Positions 25,514-42,247 of a DNA stretch of 64,000 nucleotides are shown piece by piece. A model generated the notes under the pieces. That model searched no databases and was not told where the DNA came from. It saw nothing but the letters and a program-made list of their open reading frames with translations. Numbering within the stretch: the stretch's first letter is position 1; each line of letters starts with the position of its first letter. Position numbers and translations under genes: made by a program. The stretch lies in the NCBI GenBank assembly GCA_045106555.1, contig JBGCET010000014.1, forward strand, positions 114,164 through 178,163, in the 5' to 3' direction. The stretch is from Lysobacterales bacterium (GTDB lineage Bacteria; Pseudomonadota; Gammaproteobacteria; Xanthomonadales; SZUA-38).

Positions 25514-25954
25514 TTATTGGTTGACCATCAGGCGCTCAACGGCTGCCCGCAACGGCGCGGGAATTTCTGTCGGCCGATGGGTGTTGCGTTCAACATAGAC
25601 GTGAACAAAGTGGGCCAATGCGGCAGTGCTGTCAGCACCTTCCGCGAACAGTCCTACCTTGTAAACGATGCTGGACCGGCCAATGCGCTCAACGGCCAGT
25701 GCGCCATCAATGGTCTGGGGATAAACCAGCGGGGCAAAGTAGTTGCAGCGGGTTTCCACCACTAGCCCAACCACGTCGCTGCGTTCGATATCCAGAGCGC
25801 CTTGCTCAAGAAGATATCCGTTTACCACCGTATCTACGAGGTGGTAATAGACCGCGTTGTTCACGTGCCGGTAGACATCGTTGTCGCTCCAACGGGTCTG
25901 CAGCTGGGTGAAGTGGGAAAACGCGTCGCGGTTCCAGGGGTGGACACTAGCCAT
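25514..25954 (-). CDS. acyl-CoA thioesterase (4HBT/YbgC-like hotdog fold)
   Basis: 146 aa. TRWSDNDVYRHVNNAVYY with a hotdog-fold pattern. Confidence 0.85.
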   Translation of the reverse strand: MASVHPWNRDAFSHFTQLQTRWSDNDVYRHVNNAVYYHLVDTVVNGYLLEQGALDIERSDVVGLVVETRCNYFAPLVYPQTIDGALAVERIGRSSIVYKVGLFAEGADSTAALAHFVHVYVERNTHRPTEIPAPLRAAVERLMVNQ

Positions 25955-26126
25955 GAAGGTACCTGTGCAAAAGGGCGCGATTATGGCAGATCAGAACCCG
26001 CATGTGGGCTGCTTGAATGACAGTTATCTCCAATCAGCACACCGGATACGGGTTTGCTGCCGTATTATCTAGAGTAAGGGCGACGATGGTGGCCCTACCT
26101 TCCAAGCAAAGTTTGAGGACAGTCTT

Positions 26127-27191
26127 TTGCAAAATCGACAGTGGCAGTTCACCACCTACGTTAAGCCGGACGAATACCCCAGTCGCGATCATTTTACATT
26201 GGTTTCCACGCCCATGCCGGAGCCGGCGGAAGGGGAGGTACTTCTGAAAGTGTTATGGCTGGGCACCAGCCCGGCGCAGCGAATGTACGTCACCAAAGAA
26301 AGTAATTTCCACATCAAAGTTGCACCCGGTGAAGTGATGAGCGGGCGCGGCGTGGGTGAGGTAATAAAGTCTCGCCACCCTGGCCACAAGGTGGGCGACA
26401 TCATGGAGGGCACACTGGGTTGGCAGGAGTATGTTGCGGCGTGCGCAGACCCAAAAGTGGTGGACGGCACTCACGTAACCCCCGTTCGCCCCGTGAACAA
26501 TCCGGTCAGCCCGTTGAGCACGGTGATTGGGCTGTTCGGACAACGGGCATTCAGCGCCTACGTGGGCATGATTGAAATCGGTAAGGTGGCCAGCGGCGAC
26601 GCTGTGCTGGTGTCCTCGGCTGCAGGCGGCGTGGGGTCGATTGCCTGCCAGCTGGCTAGATTGAAAGGCGCCTCTAAAGTGGTCGGCATGGCGGGCGGCC
26701 CGAAAAAATGCCAGTGGCTACTGGACACGGGGCTGTGTGATGCGGCGATCGATTATCGCCAGGGAAATCTGCCAGAGCAAATTGGCGCGCAATTTCCTGA
26801 CGGCCTCAACGTGTTTCTCGATAACGTCGGTGGTGACACCTTGGATGGAGCGCTGCAGCACCTGGCCAAGAATGCGCGGATCGCTATTTGCGGGCATATT
26901 TCCACCGAGTACATGCGCCCCCGTCCGCCAGGGCCGACGCACTACTATCAGCTGCTTTATCAGCGCTCAACGATGGAAGGGTTCTTTGTCTTTGACTATC
27001 AATCCCGTTGGCCGGATTTTGAACGCCAGCTACGGGAGTGGTATGGCGAAGGCAAACTGAAGGTGCTGGACCACGTACTGGACGGCATTGAACATATGCC
27101 CGATGCGCTGACCAGCTTGTTTACCGGGGACAATACGGGCAATTGCGTGGTGCAGGTAGCGGAGGATCCGGCGTCGGTCCCCAGGTTGTAG
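26127..27191 (+). CDS. NADP-dependent oxidoreductase (medium-chain dehydrogenase/reductase, alkenal/one reductase-like)
   Basis: 354 aa with a TTG start. AAGGVGS nucleotide-binding motif and MDR-family architecture. Confidence 0.85.
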   Translation: MQNRQWQFTTYVKPDEYPSRDHFTLVSTPMPEPAEGEVLLKVLWLGTSPAQRMYVTKESNFHIKVAPGEVMSGRGVGEVIKSRHPGHKVGDIMEGTLGWQEYVAACADPKVVDGTHVTPVRPVNNPVSPLSTVIGLFGQRAFSAYVGMIEIGKVASGDAVLVSSAAGGVGSIACQLARLKGASKVVGMAGGPKKCQWLLDTGLCDAAIDYRQGNLPEQIGAQFPDGLNVFLDNVGGDTLDGALQHLAKNARIAICGHISTEYMRPRPPGPTHYYQLLYQRSTMEGFFVFDYQSRWPDFERQLREWYGEGKLKVLDHVLDGIEHMPDALTSLFTGDNTGNCVVQVAEDPASVPRL

Positions 27192-27596
27192 CTATTGCGT
27201 AGAGACGTGGGTTAGCCCGTCGTTGAGTGCATTCCAGGAAATTCGGTGATCAAGCCAGATTTCCCGGGTCGGCTCAACTCGTTCCGGATGATCTAAGGTC
27301 GCTATCACCAGGTCAATATGGCTGGGTTCGCGCTGGTAGCTCATTGCGCAGCCGCATTGGCTGCAGAACGTTCGTTCAATACCCTTTGATGAGGCAAACC
27401 GGGTCAGCGTTTTTCCAGCGAGTGTTACCTGATGGCTTTCCACCTCAACCCAACCCACTGACTCAGCCCCGGCGGTTCGCTGGCAGGACCGGCAGTGGCA
27501 GATGGTGGCCGCACCCACATCGCCGCTGATCTCGAAACGAATTTCTCCACAGTGACAACGGCCCCGTAACGTAGGGCTTTGCGCATCACTGTGCAT
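27192..27596 (-). CDS. GFA family protein (glutathione-dependent formaldehyde-activating / CENP-V-like Zn-Cys fold)
   Basis: 134 aa. Cys clusters GRCHCGEIRFE, CHCRSCQR and FCSQCGC. The start shares 1 nt with the parC stop (TGATG). Confidence 0.8.
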   Translation of the reverse strand: MHSDAQSPTLRGRCHCGEIRFEISGDVGAATICHCRSCQRTAGAESVGWVEVESHQVTLAGKTLTRFASSKGIERTFCSQCGCAMSYQREPSHIDLVIATLDHPERVEPTREIWLDHRISWNALNDGLTHVSTQ

Positions 27597-29848
27597 CAGC
27601 TTTCCAACTCCAGGCTGTCGACTTTCTGAAAACCCCGAGGCAGTTTCCGGCCTCGCTTGGCCCGCTCGCCCAAATAGTGCTCCAAGTCTTTTGCCTTCAG
27701 TCGCAGGTGCCTGCCGCCTGAGTAGGCCAGCACGTCGGCACCCTCAGGCGCGCAGATGACGGCCACCACGTCTTCTTCCCCGGCTTTCAGGAGTTTGGGC
27801 GGTATGTTAATAATTTTATTGCCCTTCCCGCGCGCCATCTCAGGCAGATCTGCCAGACCAAAGGTCAGCAGATAGCCTCCCGAGGTCACTGCCACGACTC
27901 GGTCGGTGGCCGGATCGGTCACCATGGATGGACTCAGCACACTGGCACCTTTCGGCACCGTTAGCGACGCTTTGCCGGCCTTCGCCCGGGTATGCAGGTT
28001 TTCCAGGCTGGTAAAAAACCCATACCCGAAACTCGATGCCAGCAGCACCTTGTCATCGTTTTTGCCAATAATTGCGGCACAGAACTGGGCCCCTGCAGCG
28101 GGAGAAAAACGCGAGGTCAGCGGCTCACCCTGGCTACGGGCGGATGGCAGGGTATGGGTTGCCAATGAGTAGCTGCGACCGTTGCTGTCGAGAAAAATAC
28201 TCTGTTGGCTGCTGCGCCCGCGCGCACTGGCAAGGAATTCGTCGCCGGACTTATAGTTGAGCGCGGCGGCGTCAATCTCGTGGCCTTTGGCCGAACGCAC
28301 CCAGCCGCCTTTGGACAGCACCACGGTCACGGGTTCAGCGGGAATCAGGTCCGTTTCGCTCATGGCCTCGGCGGGCTCGCGAGACACAATGGCGCAGCGT
28401 CGCTCATCGCCATGTTGTTTCACGTCTGCCGCAATCTCATCGGCAATCAGTTTCTTGAGTTTGCGCGGTGAGTTCAAAATGCCTTCGAGATGCTGGCGCT
28501 CCTCTTCCAGCTCCGCCTGCTCACCGGCAATTTTCATTTCTTCAAGCCGCGCCAGATGGCGCAGCTTGAGGTCTAAAATGGCTTCAGACTGGCGTTCGGA
28601 CAGATTGAAGGTGGACATCAACACCGGTCCGGGCTCATCTTCTTCGCGAACGATTCGAATCACCTCATCAATGTTGAGGTAAGCCACCAGCAGACCTTCC
28701 AGAATGTGCAGTCGATCCAGCACCTTGTCCAGGCGCCACTGCAGCCGACGACGCACGGTTTCGGTGCGGAAGCCCAGCCACTCCAGCAGAATCTGCGCCA
28801 GGTTTTTCACCGCGGGTTTGCCGTTGGTGCCAATCAAATTCAGATTGACCCGTACGTTGCGTTCCAGGTCTGTGCTGGCAAACAGATGGCTCATCAGTCC
28901 AAATACATCCACCCGATTGGAGCGCGGGATCAATACAAGGCGAGTGGGGTTTTCGTGGTCGCCTTCGTCGCGCAGGTCGTCCAGCATGGGCAGTTTCTTG
29001 GCCCGCATCTGAGCCGCAATCTGCTCCATGATTTTCCCTGGTGATACCTGATGGGGCAGGGCGGTGATCACAATGTTGCCGTCTTCCTTAGCCCACACCG
29101 CGCGCAGCTTGATGGAGCCGTGGCCAGTTTCATACATGGTCTGGATGTCTTCCGGCGGCGTAATAATCTCCGCGCCGGTGGGAAAATCCGGCCCTTTGAT
29201 GTGCTCGCACAATTCCGCCACTGACGTTCGGCTGTTGGCCAGCAGCCGAATGGCGGCGGACGCCACCTCTTTCATATTGTGGGGCGGCACGTCGGTGGCC
29301 ATACCCACGGCAATGCCCGAGGCGCCGTTCAGCAGCACGTTGGGCAGGCGGGCCGGCAGCAGGCAGGGCTCACTTAAGGTGCCGTCGAAGTTGGGCTGCC
29401 ATTCCACCGTGCCCTGACCCAGTTCGCTGAGCAGCACTTTGGCGTAGGCGGAAAGCCGGGACTCGGTGTAGCGCATGGCGGCAAATGATTTGGGGTCGTC
29501 CACCGAGCCAAAGTTGCCCTGGCCATCTACCAGCGGATAGCGGTAGGAAAACGGCTGGGCCATCAGCACCATGGCCTCATAGCAGGCGCTGTCGCCATGG
29601 GGATGGAACTTACCAATCACATCACCCACGGTACGGGCGGATTTCTTGTGCTTGGAGCTGGCTGACAGACCCAGTTCCGACATGGCGTAGATAATGCGCC
29701 GCTGCACCGGCTTGAGGCCGTCAGCGATGCTGGGCAGGGCGCGATCGAGCACCACATACATGGAGTAGTCCAGGTAGGCTTTTTCGGCGTAGTCCCGAAG
29801 GGCAATCTGCTCAAAACCGCCCGGTGGCGTTTCTATGGACTGGGACAT
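27596..29848 (-). CDS. parC: DNA topoisomerase IV subunit A
   Basis: 750 aa. [31 protein letters not shown] and AAMRYTE (catalytic Tyr). It lies downstream of parE and has ParC-like length and C-terminal domain. Confidence 0.93.
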   Translation of the reverse strand: MSQSIETPPGGFEQIALRDYAEKAYLDYSMYVVLDRALPSIADGLKPVQRRIIYAMSELGLSASSKHKKSARTVGDVIGKFHPHGDSACYEAMVLMAQPFSYRYPLVDGQGNFGSVDDPKSFAAMRYTESRLSAYAKVLLSELGQGTVEWQPNFDGTLSEPCLLPARLPNVLLNGASGIAVGMATDVPPHNMKEVASAAIRLLANSRTSVAELCEHIKGPDFPTGAEIITPPEDIQTMYETGHGSIKLRAVWAKEDGNIVITALPHQVSPGKIMEQIAAQMRAKKLPMLDDLRDEGDHENPTRLVLIPRSNRVDVFGLMSHLFASTDLERNVRVNLNLIGTNGKPAVKNLAQILLEWLGFRTETVRRRLQWRLDKVLDRLHILEGLLVAYLNIDEVIRIVREEDEPGPVLMSTFNLSERQSEAILDLKLRHLARLEEMKIAGEQAELEEERQHLEGILNSPRKLKKLIADEIAADVKQHGDERRCAIVSREPAEAMSETDLIPAEPVTVVLSKGGWVRSAKGHEIDAAALNYKSGDEFLASARGRSSQQSIFLDSNGRSYSLATHTLPSARSQGEPLTSRFSPAAGAQFCAAIIGKNDDKVLLASSFGYGFFTSLENLHTRAKAGKASLTVPKGASVLSPSMVTDPATDRVVAVTSGGYLLTFGLADLPEMARGKGNKIINIPPKLLKAGEEDVVAVICAPEGADVLAYSGGRHLRLKAKDLEHYLGERAKRGRKLPRGFQKVDSLELES

Positions 29849-29921
29849 CGTTATACCTTCAATCGATAGGGTTACGGATCACCCGGCCTTCGTGGAAGGT
29901 GCCAGGTGCCTCGCAGGGCAA

Positions 29922-31916
<1,995 letters not shown>

Positions 31917-32004
31917 TCAACAAACCCAACATCTGGGAAAGCTTCGCAACGGCCGGCCAATGGTCGGATAAACTCGCGAGTTACGGTGAATTTAAAAACA
32001 GTCG

Positions 32005-32033
32005 TTGGGGAGGGGGCGGGAATCGGCTACAAT
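32005..32033 (+). promoter_or_regulatory. putative pyrG promoter (TTGGGG-17 nt-TACAAT) with an upstream A/T-rich stretch
   Basis: The -35-like TTGGGG is at 32005-32010 and the -10 TACAAT at 32028-32033, with a 17-nt spacer. An AATTTAAAAACA stretch lies just upstream. Found by pattern reading only. Confidence 0.3.
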
Positions 32034-32070
32034 CACCTCCCGTTATGTCTAACGGATTCCACCTTTTTAA

Positions 32071-35924
<3,854 letters not shown>

Positions 35925-36005
35925 CGGCTGATACCGGGTTATTCGCCAATTGACGTTGGTGTTCAGTCCATGGACAATGCACAAACTACGTAAATTACGT
36001 TTCGT

Positions 36006-36293
36006 ATGCGACTGATCAACCTCATATTTATTGCGCTGACGGTAGTGTTGCAGTATCAGCTCTGGTTCGCCCAGGGCGGATTGCGCGACAGCTGGCGGCT
36101 GCAGCGCGCGGTCGCCTCCCAGATCGAAAACAACGAAACCCAAGTAAATAGTAATCGCGAGTTGCGGGCCCAGGTTCAGGATCTGAAGAGTGGATCTCAG
36201 GCCGTGGAAGAGCTGGCCCGCAGTGAACTGGGATTGCTGGGGCCCGATGAATCGTTCTACCAGATCGTCGAATCCCGTAGCGCCTCCCTGTAA
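36006..36293 (+). CDS. ftsB: cell division protein FtsB
   Basis: 95 aa. N-terminal TM helix plus a coiled coil, with ARSELGLLGPDESFYQIVE. Its position after eno is conserved. Confidence 0.88.
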   Translation: MRLINLIFIALTVVLQYQLWFAQGGLRDSWRLQRAVASQIENNETQVNSNRELRAQVQDLKSGSQAVEELARSELGLLGPDESFYQIVESRSASL

Positions 36294-36311
36294 TTTCCCG
36301 GTAGCCTTCGC

Positions 36312-37364
36312 TTGACCGAAACCCCGAGTACCGACCCCGCCCGCTATCAGCTTCCCCGGTGGCCCCGATCCAATGATCAGGCCCGCGGGAACGCGGTTTT
36401 CAAGCAGGCGGTCGACGATTTTGTGGTTCGCGAACTCATGGACGTGGAGCTGTCGGGTAGTGGCGAATTTCTCTGGGTCCAGGTGACCAAGCGGAGTACC
36501 AATACACAGGATGTCTGTGCGCTCCTGGCAAAATCCGCAGGTTTGCCGTCGCGGGCGGTCAGTCATTCTGGCCTTAAAGATCGCCAGTCCATCGCTAGCC
36601 AGTGGTTTAGTCTGCATCTGCCGGGTTTGCCCGACCCCGATCTTCCGGAGCAGCTAGGTTCCACGGTGACAATCCTCAATCGCTGCCGTCACCAGCGAAA
36701 ATTGCGCATCGGCACCCACCGTGGAAACGCATTTGAGATCCGCTTAAGAGACTGCACATCCGACCCTCAAGACCTGGATCAACGTTGCTCTCGAATTCGC
36801 GATCAAGGCGTACCAAACTATTTTGGCGAGCAAAGGTTTGGTCGCGGCGGAGACAATTTACGCCAGGCGCTTACGCTGTACACAGCCAGCAGGAAAAAGC
36901 GCCGCAGCCGTCATCTGGAAGGTTTGCTTCATTCGTCAGCTCGCGCCTTTTTGTTCAATCAGGTTTTGGCTCGCCGAGTTGAGGACGCAAGCTGGTGCCA
37001 AGGGATGGATGGCGACATCTGGATGCTGGATGGCTCACGTTCCATCTTCGGTCCAGAGCCGCTAACCGATGAACTGATCAAGCGCTGTCAGGAGGGGGAT
37101 ATTTCTCCCACCGGTCCGCTCTATGGACTGGATGAATCGAGCGAATTGCCTGAATTGGAACAGGAAGTGCTGGCCCAATACTCGGAATACACTCAGGGCC
37201 TGCAGCGCGCAAAAGCCCGCCCAGCGCGTCGACGGCTCGCTCTACGCCCAACGAAATTTCAATGGGCGTGGGACGACGCAGACCTGCTGCTCAAGTTCGA
37301 ACTCAGTCGCGGTGAGTACGCAACGAGTATTGTTTCAGAACTCATTGATATAAAAGAAAACTAA
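36312..37364 (+). CDS. truD: tRNA pseudouridine(13) synthase TruD
   Basis: 350 aa with a TTG start. FxVxE, GLKDRQ (catalytic Asp) and PNYFGEQRFG motifs. Confidence 0.9.
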   Translation: MTETPSTDPARYQLPRWPRSNDQARGNAVFKQAVDDFVVRELMDVELSGSGEFLWVQVTKRSTNTQDVCALLAKSAGLPSRAVSHSGLKDRQSIASQWFSLHLPGLPDPDLPEQLGSTVTILNRCRHQRKLRIGTHRGNAFEIRLRDCTSDPQDLDQRCSRIRDQGVPNYFGEQRFGRGGDNLRQALTLYTASRKKRRSRHLEGLLHSSARAFLFNQVLARRVEDASWCQGMDGDIWMLDGSRSIFGPEPLTDELIKRCQEGDISPTGPLYGLDESSELPELEQEVLAQYSEYTQGLQRAKARPARRRLALRPTKFQWAWDDADLLLKFELSRGEYATSIVSELIDIKEN

Positions 37365-37498
37365 TGCGGTACAGGGCGTGTGCCGTCCAGCGCTCTGGGG
37401 GTCTTCCCCGGTTCACTTGGACAATCCAGCCAGTTGGGCTGGCCGAAGTCAGATGGTGGTGGGCTGACATTGCTGCGCCGCCGGCCGTCGTTTGACGC

Positions 37499-38068
37499 TT
37501 AAACTCTTGCCAGCAGGACGTAAACTGCGCCAGTTCCGCCATCGTTATGGCGCGCTGAAGTAAAGGCCTGCACTGCTTTGCGGCGGCGCAGGAGGCTGTT
37601 GGTGAGCCCCTTAATCACTGGCCCACGGGATTTTGAGCGCAGGCCTTTGCCGTGAATAATCTTGACGCAGGTTAAGCCACCCTCTTGGCAGTAGGCGATA
37701 AAGTCGAGAATGCTTACCCGCGCCGCCTCGATATTCATGTGGTGCAGGTCCAATTCCGCGCTGATGCTGAATTCTCCGCGCCGCAATCGTTTCAATAGCT
37801 TTGGCGGGTAGCCATCCCGCAGGAAATTGAGTTCTTCGCCAGACTCTACTTCGGCCCAGTCGATTTCGCCGGACTTCAGTTCATCTAACACTCGCTGCTC
37901 GTCCGCGCGACTGTGACGGTTTGAGGGCTTCGGTGGGGGTTTGCGGCGCGGGTCTCGATTGGCGGTGATTGGTCGAACATCCGCCATCTCGCTGCGAAAT
38001 AGCGCCAGATCATCGTCTTCGCCCGGTGGCGATCGTTGCGACTCAGTGGCGGGTGGGCGACGTTTCAT
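37499..38068 (-). CDS. Smr domain-containing protein (SmrA-like endonuclease)
   Basis: 189 aa. The C-terminal Smr domain has ELDLHHMNIEAA, KIIHGKG and GGTGAVYVLL. Confidence 0.85.
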   Translation of the reverse strand: MKRRPPATESQRSPPGEDDDLALFRSEMADVRPITANRDPRRKPPPKPSNRHSRADEQRVLDELKSGEIDWAEVESGEELNFLRDGYPPKLLKRLRRGEFSISAELDLHHMNIEAARVSILDFIAYCQEGGLTCVKIIHGKGLRSKSRGPVIKGLTNSLLRRRKAVQAFTSARHNDGGTGAVYVLLARV

Positions 38069-38149
38069 TGCTGGGTAATTCCGTTGCTATTCATACGGTA
38101 GACAGGCAATTCCAGTATATTACGCGCTTCGGTTTTAGGAAGCGCACGG

Positions 38150-38965
38150 ATGCATATTCTGATCAGTAACGACGATGGGCTGGATGCTCTGGGCATTGAG
38201 ACTCTTGAGCGCCATTTAAGTGACGTGGCTGAGGTGACGGTGGTTGCCCCGGATCGGGACCGCAGCGGCGCCTCCAATTCGCTGACTCTGGCTCAACCCA
38301 TCCGTATTCTGCACCGCGCCGGTCATCGTTACCGGGTTGCCGGTACACCCACCGATTGTGTGCATTTGGCGTTAACGGGGTTGCTGGATCCAGATCCTGA
38401 CATGGTGGTTTCTGGTATTAACCACGGGGCCAATCTGGGTGACGACGTGATTTATTCCGGCACCGTCGCAGCCGCTATGGAAGGACGTTATTTGGGTCTT
38501 CCCGCAGTGGCGGTGTCGCTGGCAGGTACCGCTGAGACTCACGGCCGACTGACCCATTTCGATACGGCAGCGCTTGCCGCGGTTCAACTGATACAGCGCC
38601 TGGTCAGCGATCCATTGCCTGCTGACACCATTCTCAATGTCAATGTGCCCGATGTGCCTTGGGAAAGCCTCAGTGGTTTTGAGGTCACTCGATTAGGTCA
38701 CCGACATCGTGCCGAACCCTTCGTTAAGCAGCACGACCCTCGAGGTCGACCGGTGTACTGGATCGGTGCGGCCGGCGCAGCCCTGGACGCGGGTGCCGGT
38801 ACAGATTTTGACGCCATCGCCAGAGGTTGTGTGTCGGTCACTCCCATTCATGTAGATTTAACCCGTTACGCGGCGCTGGAAACTGTTGGTAGTTGGGTAA
38901 GCGCTTTGGATCAAGCGTTACCCGGCAAGGCGGTTGCTGATAACGAAGGCCAATCACTGACTTGA
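38150..38965 (+). CDS. surE: 5'/3'-nucleotidase SurE
   Basis: Starts [10 protein letters not shown]. Contains [24 protein letters not shown]. Confidence 0.95.
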   Translation: MHILISNDDGLDALGIETLERHLSDVAEVTVVAPDRDRSGASNSLTLAQPIRILHRAGHRYRVAGTPTDCVHLALTGLLDPDPDMVVSGINHGANLGDDVIYSGTVAAAMEGRYLGLPAVAVSLAGTAETHGRLTHFDTAALAAVQLIQRLVSDPLPADTILNVNVPDVPWESLSGFEVTRLGHRHRAEPFVKQHDPRGRPVYWIGAAGAALDAGAGTDFDAIARGCVSVTPIHVDLTRYAALETVGSWVSALDQALPGKAVADNEGQSLT

Positions 38966-39636
38966 ATCGCCTCAGCTCACAGTCTATTGCCGGTATCGGC
39001 ATGACCTCAGCGCGCACCCGTCAGCGGCTCGTAGAGCGATTGCGCGAGGGCGGTGTGAGCAATCAGCGGGTGCTGGACGCGGTGGCGGCGATTCCCCGAC
39101 ATCAATTTGTTGACGAGGCCATGGCCAGTCGGGCATACGAAGACAATGCCTTGCCCATCGGGCGTGGCCAGACTATTTCTCAACCTTTGGTAGTGGGGTT
39201 AATGACCCAGGCTATTTTGGTGGGCGGCTCGCGCCCCAAAGTGTTGGAAATTGGCACAGGCTCTGGCTATCAGGCCGCTGTATTGTCTCAGGTGGTGTCC
39301 CAGGTATTTACCGTGGAGCGCATCGATGAGCTTTCTCGTCTCGCCCGGCGCCGATTTCGGGCGTTGAAAATCCGCAATGTGCGGGCCAAACAGGCTGATG
39401 GCCATCTGGGCTGGCCGCAAAATGGGCCCTACGATGCGGTGTTGATTACGGCGGCTGCCGGAGCCGTTCCCCAAGCGCTGTTTGACCAGGTGGCTCCCGG
39501 CGGTGTGCTCGTAGCGCCGGTGGGGCCCGCTGGCGGGGTCCAACGTTTGTTGTGCTTCAGTCGGCGGGCTGCGGGTTTCGATAAGCAGGATCTGGGTAGC
39601 GTGGTATTTGTACCCATGCTGCCTGGATTAGATTAG
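38962..39636 (+). CDS. pcm: protein-L-isoaspartate O-methyltransferase
   Basis: GQTISQP and [18 protein letters not shown] motifs. Overlaps the surE stop. Confidence 0.95.
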   Translation: MNRLSSQSIAGIGMTSARTRQRLVERLREGGVSNQRVLDAVAAIPRHQFVDEAMASRAYEDNALPIGRGQTISQPLVVGLMTQAILVGGSRPKVLEIGTGSGYQAAVLSQVVSQVFTVERIDELSRLARRRFRALKIRNVRAKQADGHLGWPQNGPYDAVLITAAAGAVPQALFDQVAPGGVLVAPVGPAGGVQRLLCFSRRAAGFDKQDLGSVVFVPMLPGLD

Positions 39637-39638
39637 CC

Positions 39639-40217
39639 GTGGCACTTTTTGCCCCCTTATACGACATGACGCTACGCTGGTCCCGTCACCGTCTGGCGCC
39701 CCGTTATCTGGCGGCATTGAGTTTTGCCGAATCCACGTTTTTTCCGGTGCCGCCCGATGTCATGCTAATGCCCATGGTGCTTGGCAAGCCCCATCGATGG
39801 TGGAAATTTGCTCTTTTGTGCACGGTGATGTCGGTACTGGGTGGTCTGGCCGGTTACGTGATCGGTCACTTTGCGCTTGAGTGGATTGAACCCTGGCTGC
39901 ATCGTTTTGGCCACTGGGAGACCTTTGAACGCGCACAGGAAGGGTTCCGAAAATACGGCTTTTGGGTGGTGTTGCTGGCAGGTTTCTCGCCCATACCGTA
40001 TAAGGTTTTCACCATTTCCAGTGGGACCGTCGGAATGTTTTTGCCGACGTTTGTTGTTGGTTCACTGCTTGGGCGCGGCGGGAGGTTTTTTCTGGTGGCG
40101 GGCCTCATCCGCCTGGGTGGCGCGAAAGCGGCAGACACCGTTCGTCAGTATGTCGAAATTCTCGGGTGGATTATGGTGGTTGCGGTGGTCGCGATAGTGC
40201 TATGGCTTCGACACTGA
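39639..40217 (+). CDS. YqaA-family (DedA/SNARE-associated-like) inner membrane protein
   Basis: 192 aa with a GTG start. Multi-pass membrane protein with FAESTFFPVPPDVML and SPIPYKVFTI motifs. Confidence 0.75.
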   Translation: MALFAPLYDMTLRWSRHRLAPRYLAALSFAESTFFPVPPDVMLMPMVLGKPHRWWKFALLCTVMSVLGGLAGYVIGHFALEWIEPWLHRFGHWETFERAQEGFRKYGFWVVLLAGFSPIPYKVFTISSGTVGMFLPTFVVGSLLGRGGRFFLVAGLIRLGGAKAADTVRQYVEILGWIMVVAVVAIVLWLRH

Positions 40218-41137
40218 AAATTACGCTCGTCCGGGTTGCCGTAGCGGGCCTGATGTTAGCGATCACGGCCTGTAGCTATCGAGCTGCCCCGCCGGAAAAG
40301 CGCCGCTCGGCGCCGCGCTACGAGCCGGTAGCCAAAGGGTCTACGCGCATTCAACGACCCTCTCACTACACCGTCAAACGCGGCGATACGCTGTACGCCA
40401 TCGCCTGGCGTTACGGATTGGACCACCGTGATTTGGCCCGCTGGAACCGTGTTAACCCGCCGTTTGTGATCCATCCCGATCAAGCGTTGCGCCTTTATCC
40501 TCCTCGTGTTGCGATAGCGACGGCGACGCCAGTGGCCAAACCGGTGGGCGCTGGCGTTCGGGTGTTGCCGACTGAGTCCAAGGGTTCCCAGCGTGGTCCT
40601 GAGGATGTTGACGCAACGCCGTCGACGATTGGCTCAACGACCCCTAATCTGCCCAATGTGAAAACTCAGACACTGCCGATTGGCCGATCGTCCACTGCGT
40701 CGACCAGGCCGGCAAAAAAGCCAACACCCAAGCCCGCTTCCCGCCCGCCTAAGGCGGCTGCAGGGGGGGCATCCTGGGGCTGGCCTTTGACCGGTAAGGT
40801 CACCAGCGAGTTCTCTAATGCCGCTCCAAATCTTCAGGGCCTGGATATTCGTGCGCCAACCGGTAGCGATGTCTTGGCAGCAGGCGCCGGCGAGGTGGTG
40901 TACAGCGGAAGCGGTTTGGCGGGTTATGGTGAACTGATTATCATCAAGCACAGCAGCCGATACCTCAGTGCTTATGCCTACAACCGCCAGCGCTTTGTGA
41001 GCGAGGGGCAAACCGTCGCTTTGGGTCAGAAAATTGCGGAAGTGGGTAAAAATGGCGGCGAAAATCCTCGATTACACTTTCAAGTTCGAGAAAACGGCAA
41101 ACCTGTAGATCCTCGGAAATACCTGCCAAAACGCTGA
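40202..41137 (+). CDS. nlpD: murein hydrolase activator NlpD (LysM + M23 peptidase-like lipoprotein)
   Basis: Lipobox LMLAITAC, LysM (YTVKRGDTLYAIAWRYG), a Pro-rich linker and an M23 domain (GLDI...G..V.AAGAGEVVYSG...YGELIIIKH). It lies upstream of rpoS. Start trimmed to 40202. Confidence 0.9.
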   Translation: MASTLKITLVRVAVAGLMLAITACSYRAAPPEKRRSAPRYEPVAKGSTRIQRPSHYTVKRGDTLYAIAWRYGLDHRDLARWNRVNPPFVIHPDQALRLYPPRVAIATATPVAKPVGAGVRVLPTESKGSQRGPEDVDATPSTIGSTTPNLPNVKTQTLPIGRSSTASTRPAKKPTPKPASRPPKAAAGGASWGWPLTGKVTSEFSNAAPNLQGLDIRAPTGSDVLAAGAGEVVYSGSGLAGYGELIIIKHSSRYLSAYAYNRQRFVSEGQTVALGQKIAEVGKNGGENPRLHFQVRENGKPVDPRKYLPKR

Positions 41138-41255
41138 CAATTGGCGAAACATGAAGATCCGTGCACATTTCATTAACAATCTGTTGAGGGCACTGGGGCT
41201 AACCTGACGTTTCAAGGATGGAACGTAGCCCGAGGACGGGCAAAGGTAAGGGATT

Positions 41256-42155
41256 ATGCAAACACTTGCAGCGCAAGAGCGCTCAACCGCGGCAGGAAGA
41301 ATGCCGCCCTCTGTTGGCGCGGCAAGCGCTGACTCAACCACAGTTTATCTCGCCTCAATTGGCGCGGCCCCACTGTTAACCGCTGATCAGGAGAAGTCGC
41401 TGACCCGCGCCTGGCGCTCAGGCGACGAACGCGGCCGGCAACGAATGATCGAATCAAACCTGCGACTAGTGGTCAACATCGCAAGGCGTTACAACAACCG
41501 AGGTTTGCCCCTGCTGGACCTGATTGAAGAGGGCAACCTGGGACTCATCCGGGCGGTGGAGAAATTTGATCCTGAGCGAGGTTTCCGGTTTTCCACTTAT
41601 GCCACGTGGTGGATCCGCCAGGCGGTGGAGCGCGCCATTATGAACCAGGCACGTACCGTTCGGCTGCCCATTCACGTGGTCCGGGATGTCGCGGCTTATC
41701 TCAGAGCGCGGCGCGAGTTGGCGCAGACGCTGGATCATGAGCCAGGTCGAGAGGAGCTGGCGGCCAAGCTTGAGGTGAGTGTCGATGAGGTAGACCGGCT
41801 GGCCTGCCTAAACGAACGATCAACCTCCATCGATGGCCCCATGGGCGCCGATGGGGATAGGCAAATGCTTGACGGCTTGGCAGACGACAACAACCCTGAT
41901 CCCTGCGACCTGGTTGCGCAGTCTCACCTGGGTGGCCATGTAGACGAGTGGTTAGGTCAACTACCCGATCGGGAGCGCGAAGTGCTGGAACGACGTTTTG
42001 GCCTGCACGGCTATTCCACGCAGACTTTGTCTAACGTGGGCAAGGAAATGGGTGTCACTCGCGAGAGGGTAAGACAAATTCAAATTCAGGCCCTACGTCG
42101 CCTGCGTCAAATCTCTAAGGCCAATGGTGTGCCTGAAATCCCGCTAATGATTTAA
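41256..42155 (+). CDS. rpoS: RNA polymerase sigma factor RpoS
   Basis: 299 aa. Region 2 ([36 protein letters not shown]), region 4, and the nlpD-rpoS context. Confidence 0.92.
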   Translation: MQTLAAQERSTAAGRMPPSVGAASADSTTVYLASIGAAPLLTADQEKSLTRAWRSGDERGRQRMIESNLRLVVNIARRYNNRGLPLLDLIEEGNLGLIRAVEKFDPERGFRFSTYATWWIRQAVERAIMNQARTVRLPIHVVRDVAAYLRARRELAQTLDHEPGREELAAKLEVSVDEVDRLACLNERSTSIDGPMGADGDRQMLDGLADDNNPDPCDLVAQSHLGGHVDEWLGQLPDREREVLERRFGLHGYSTQTLSNVGKEMGVTRERVRQIQIQALRRLRQISKANGVPEIPLMI

Positions 42156-42247
42156 CCGGCGCGCTCCTGATCAGGCGGACGGACGGGGAAAGCCCCGATC
42201 CGAGAGGATCGTCGCAGCGCAGCTGAAATCGAGCGGCAGGATATTTC

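Noticed and set aside
35988-36000. A perfect 13-nt palindrome, ACGTAAATTACGT, 5 nt upstream of the ftsB ATG.
   Set aside because: It is too short to distinguish from chance. It could occlude the RBS or bind a regulator, but nothing else supports that.
42184-42210. Two small hairpins (CGGGG-AAAG-CCCCG and GATCC-GAGA-GGATC) between the convergent rpoS and Mth938-like genes, as possible terminators.
   Set aside because: The stems are only 5 bp and have no U-tract on either strand. This is not enough for a terminator call.
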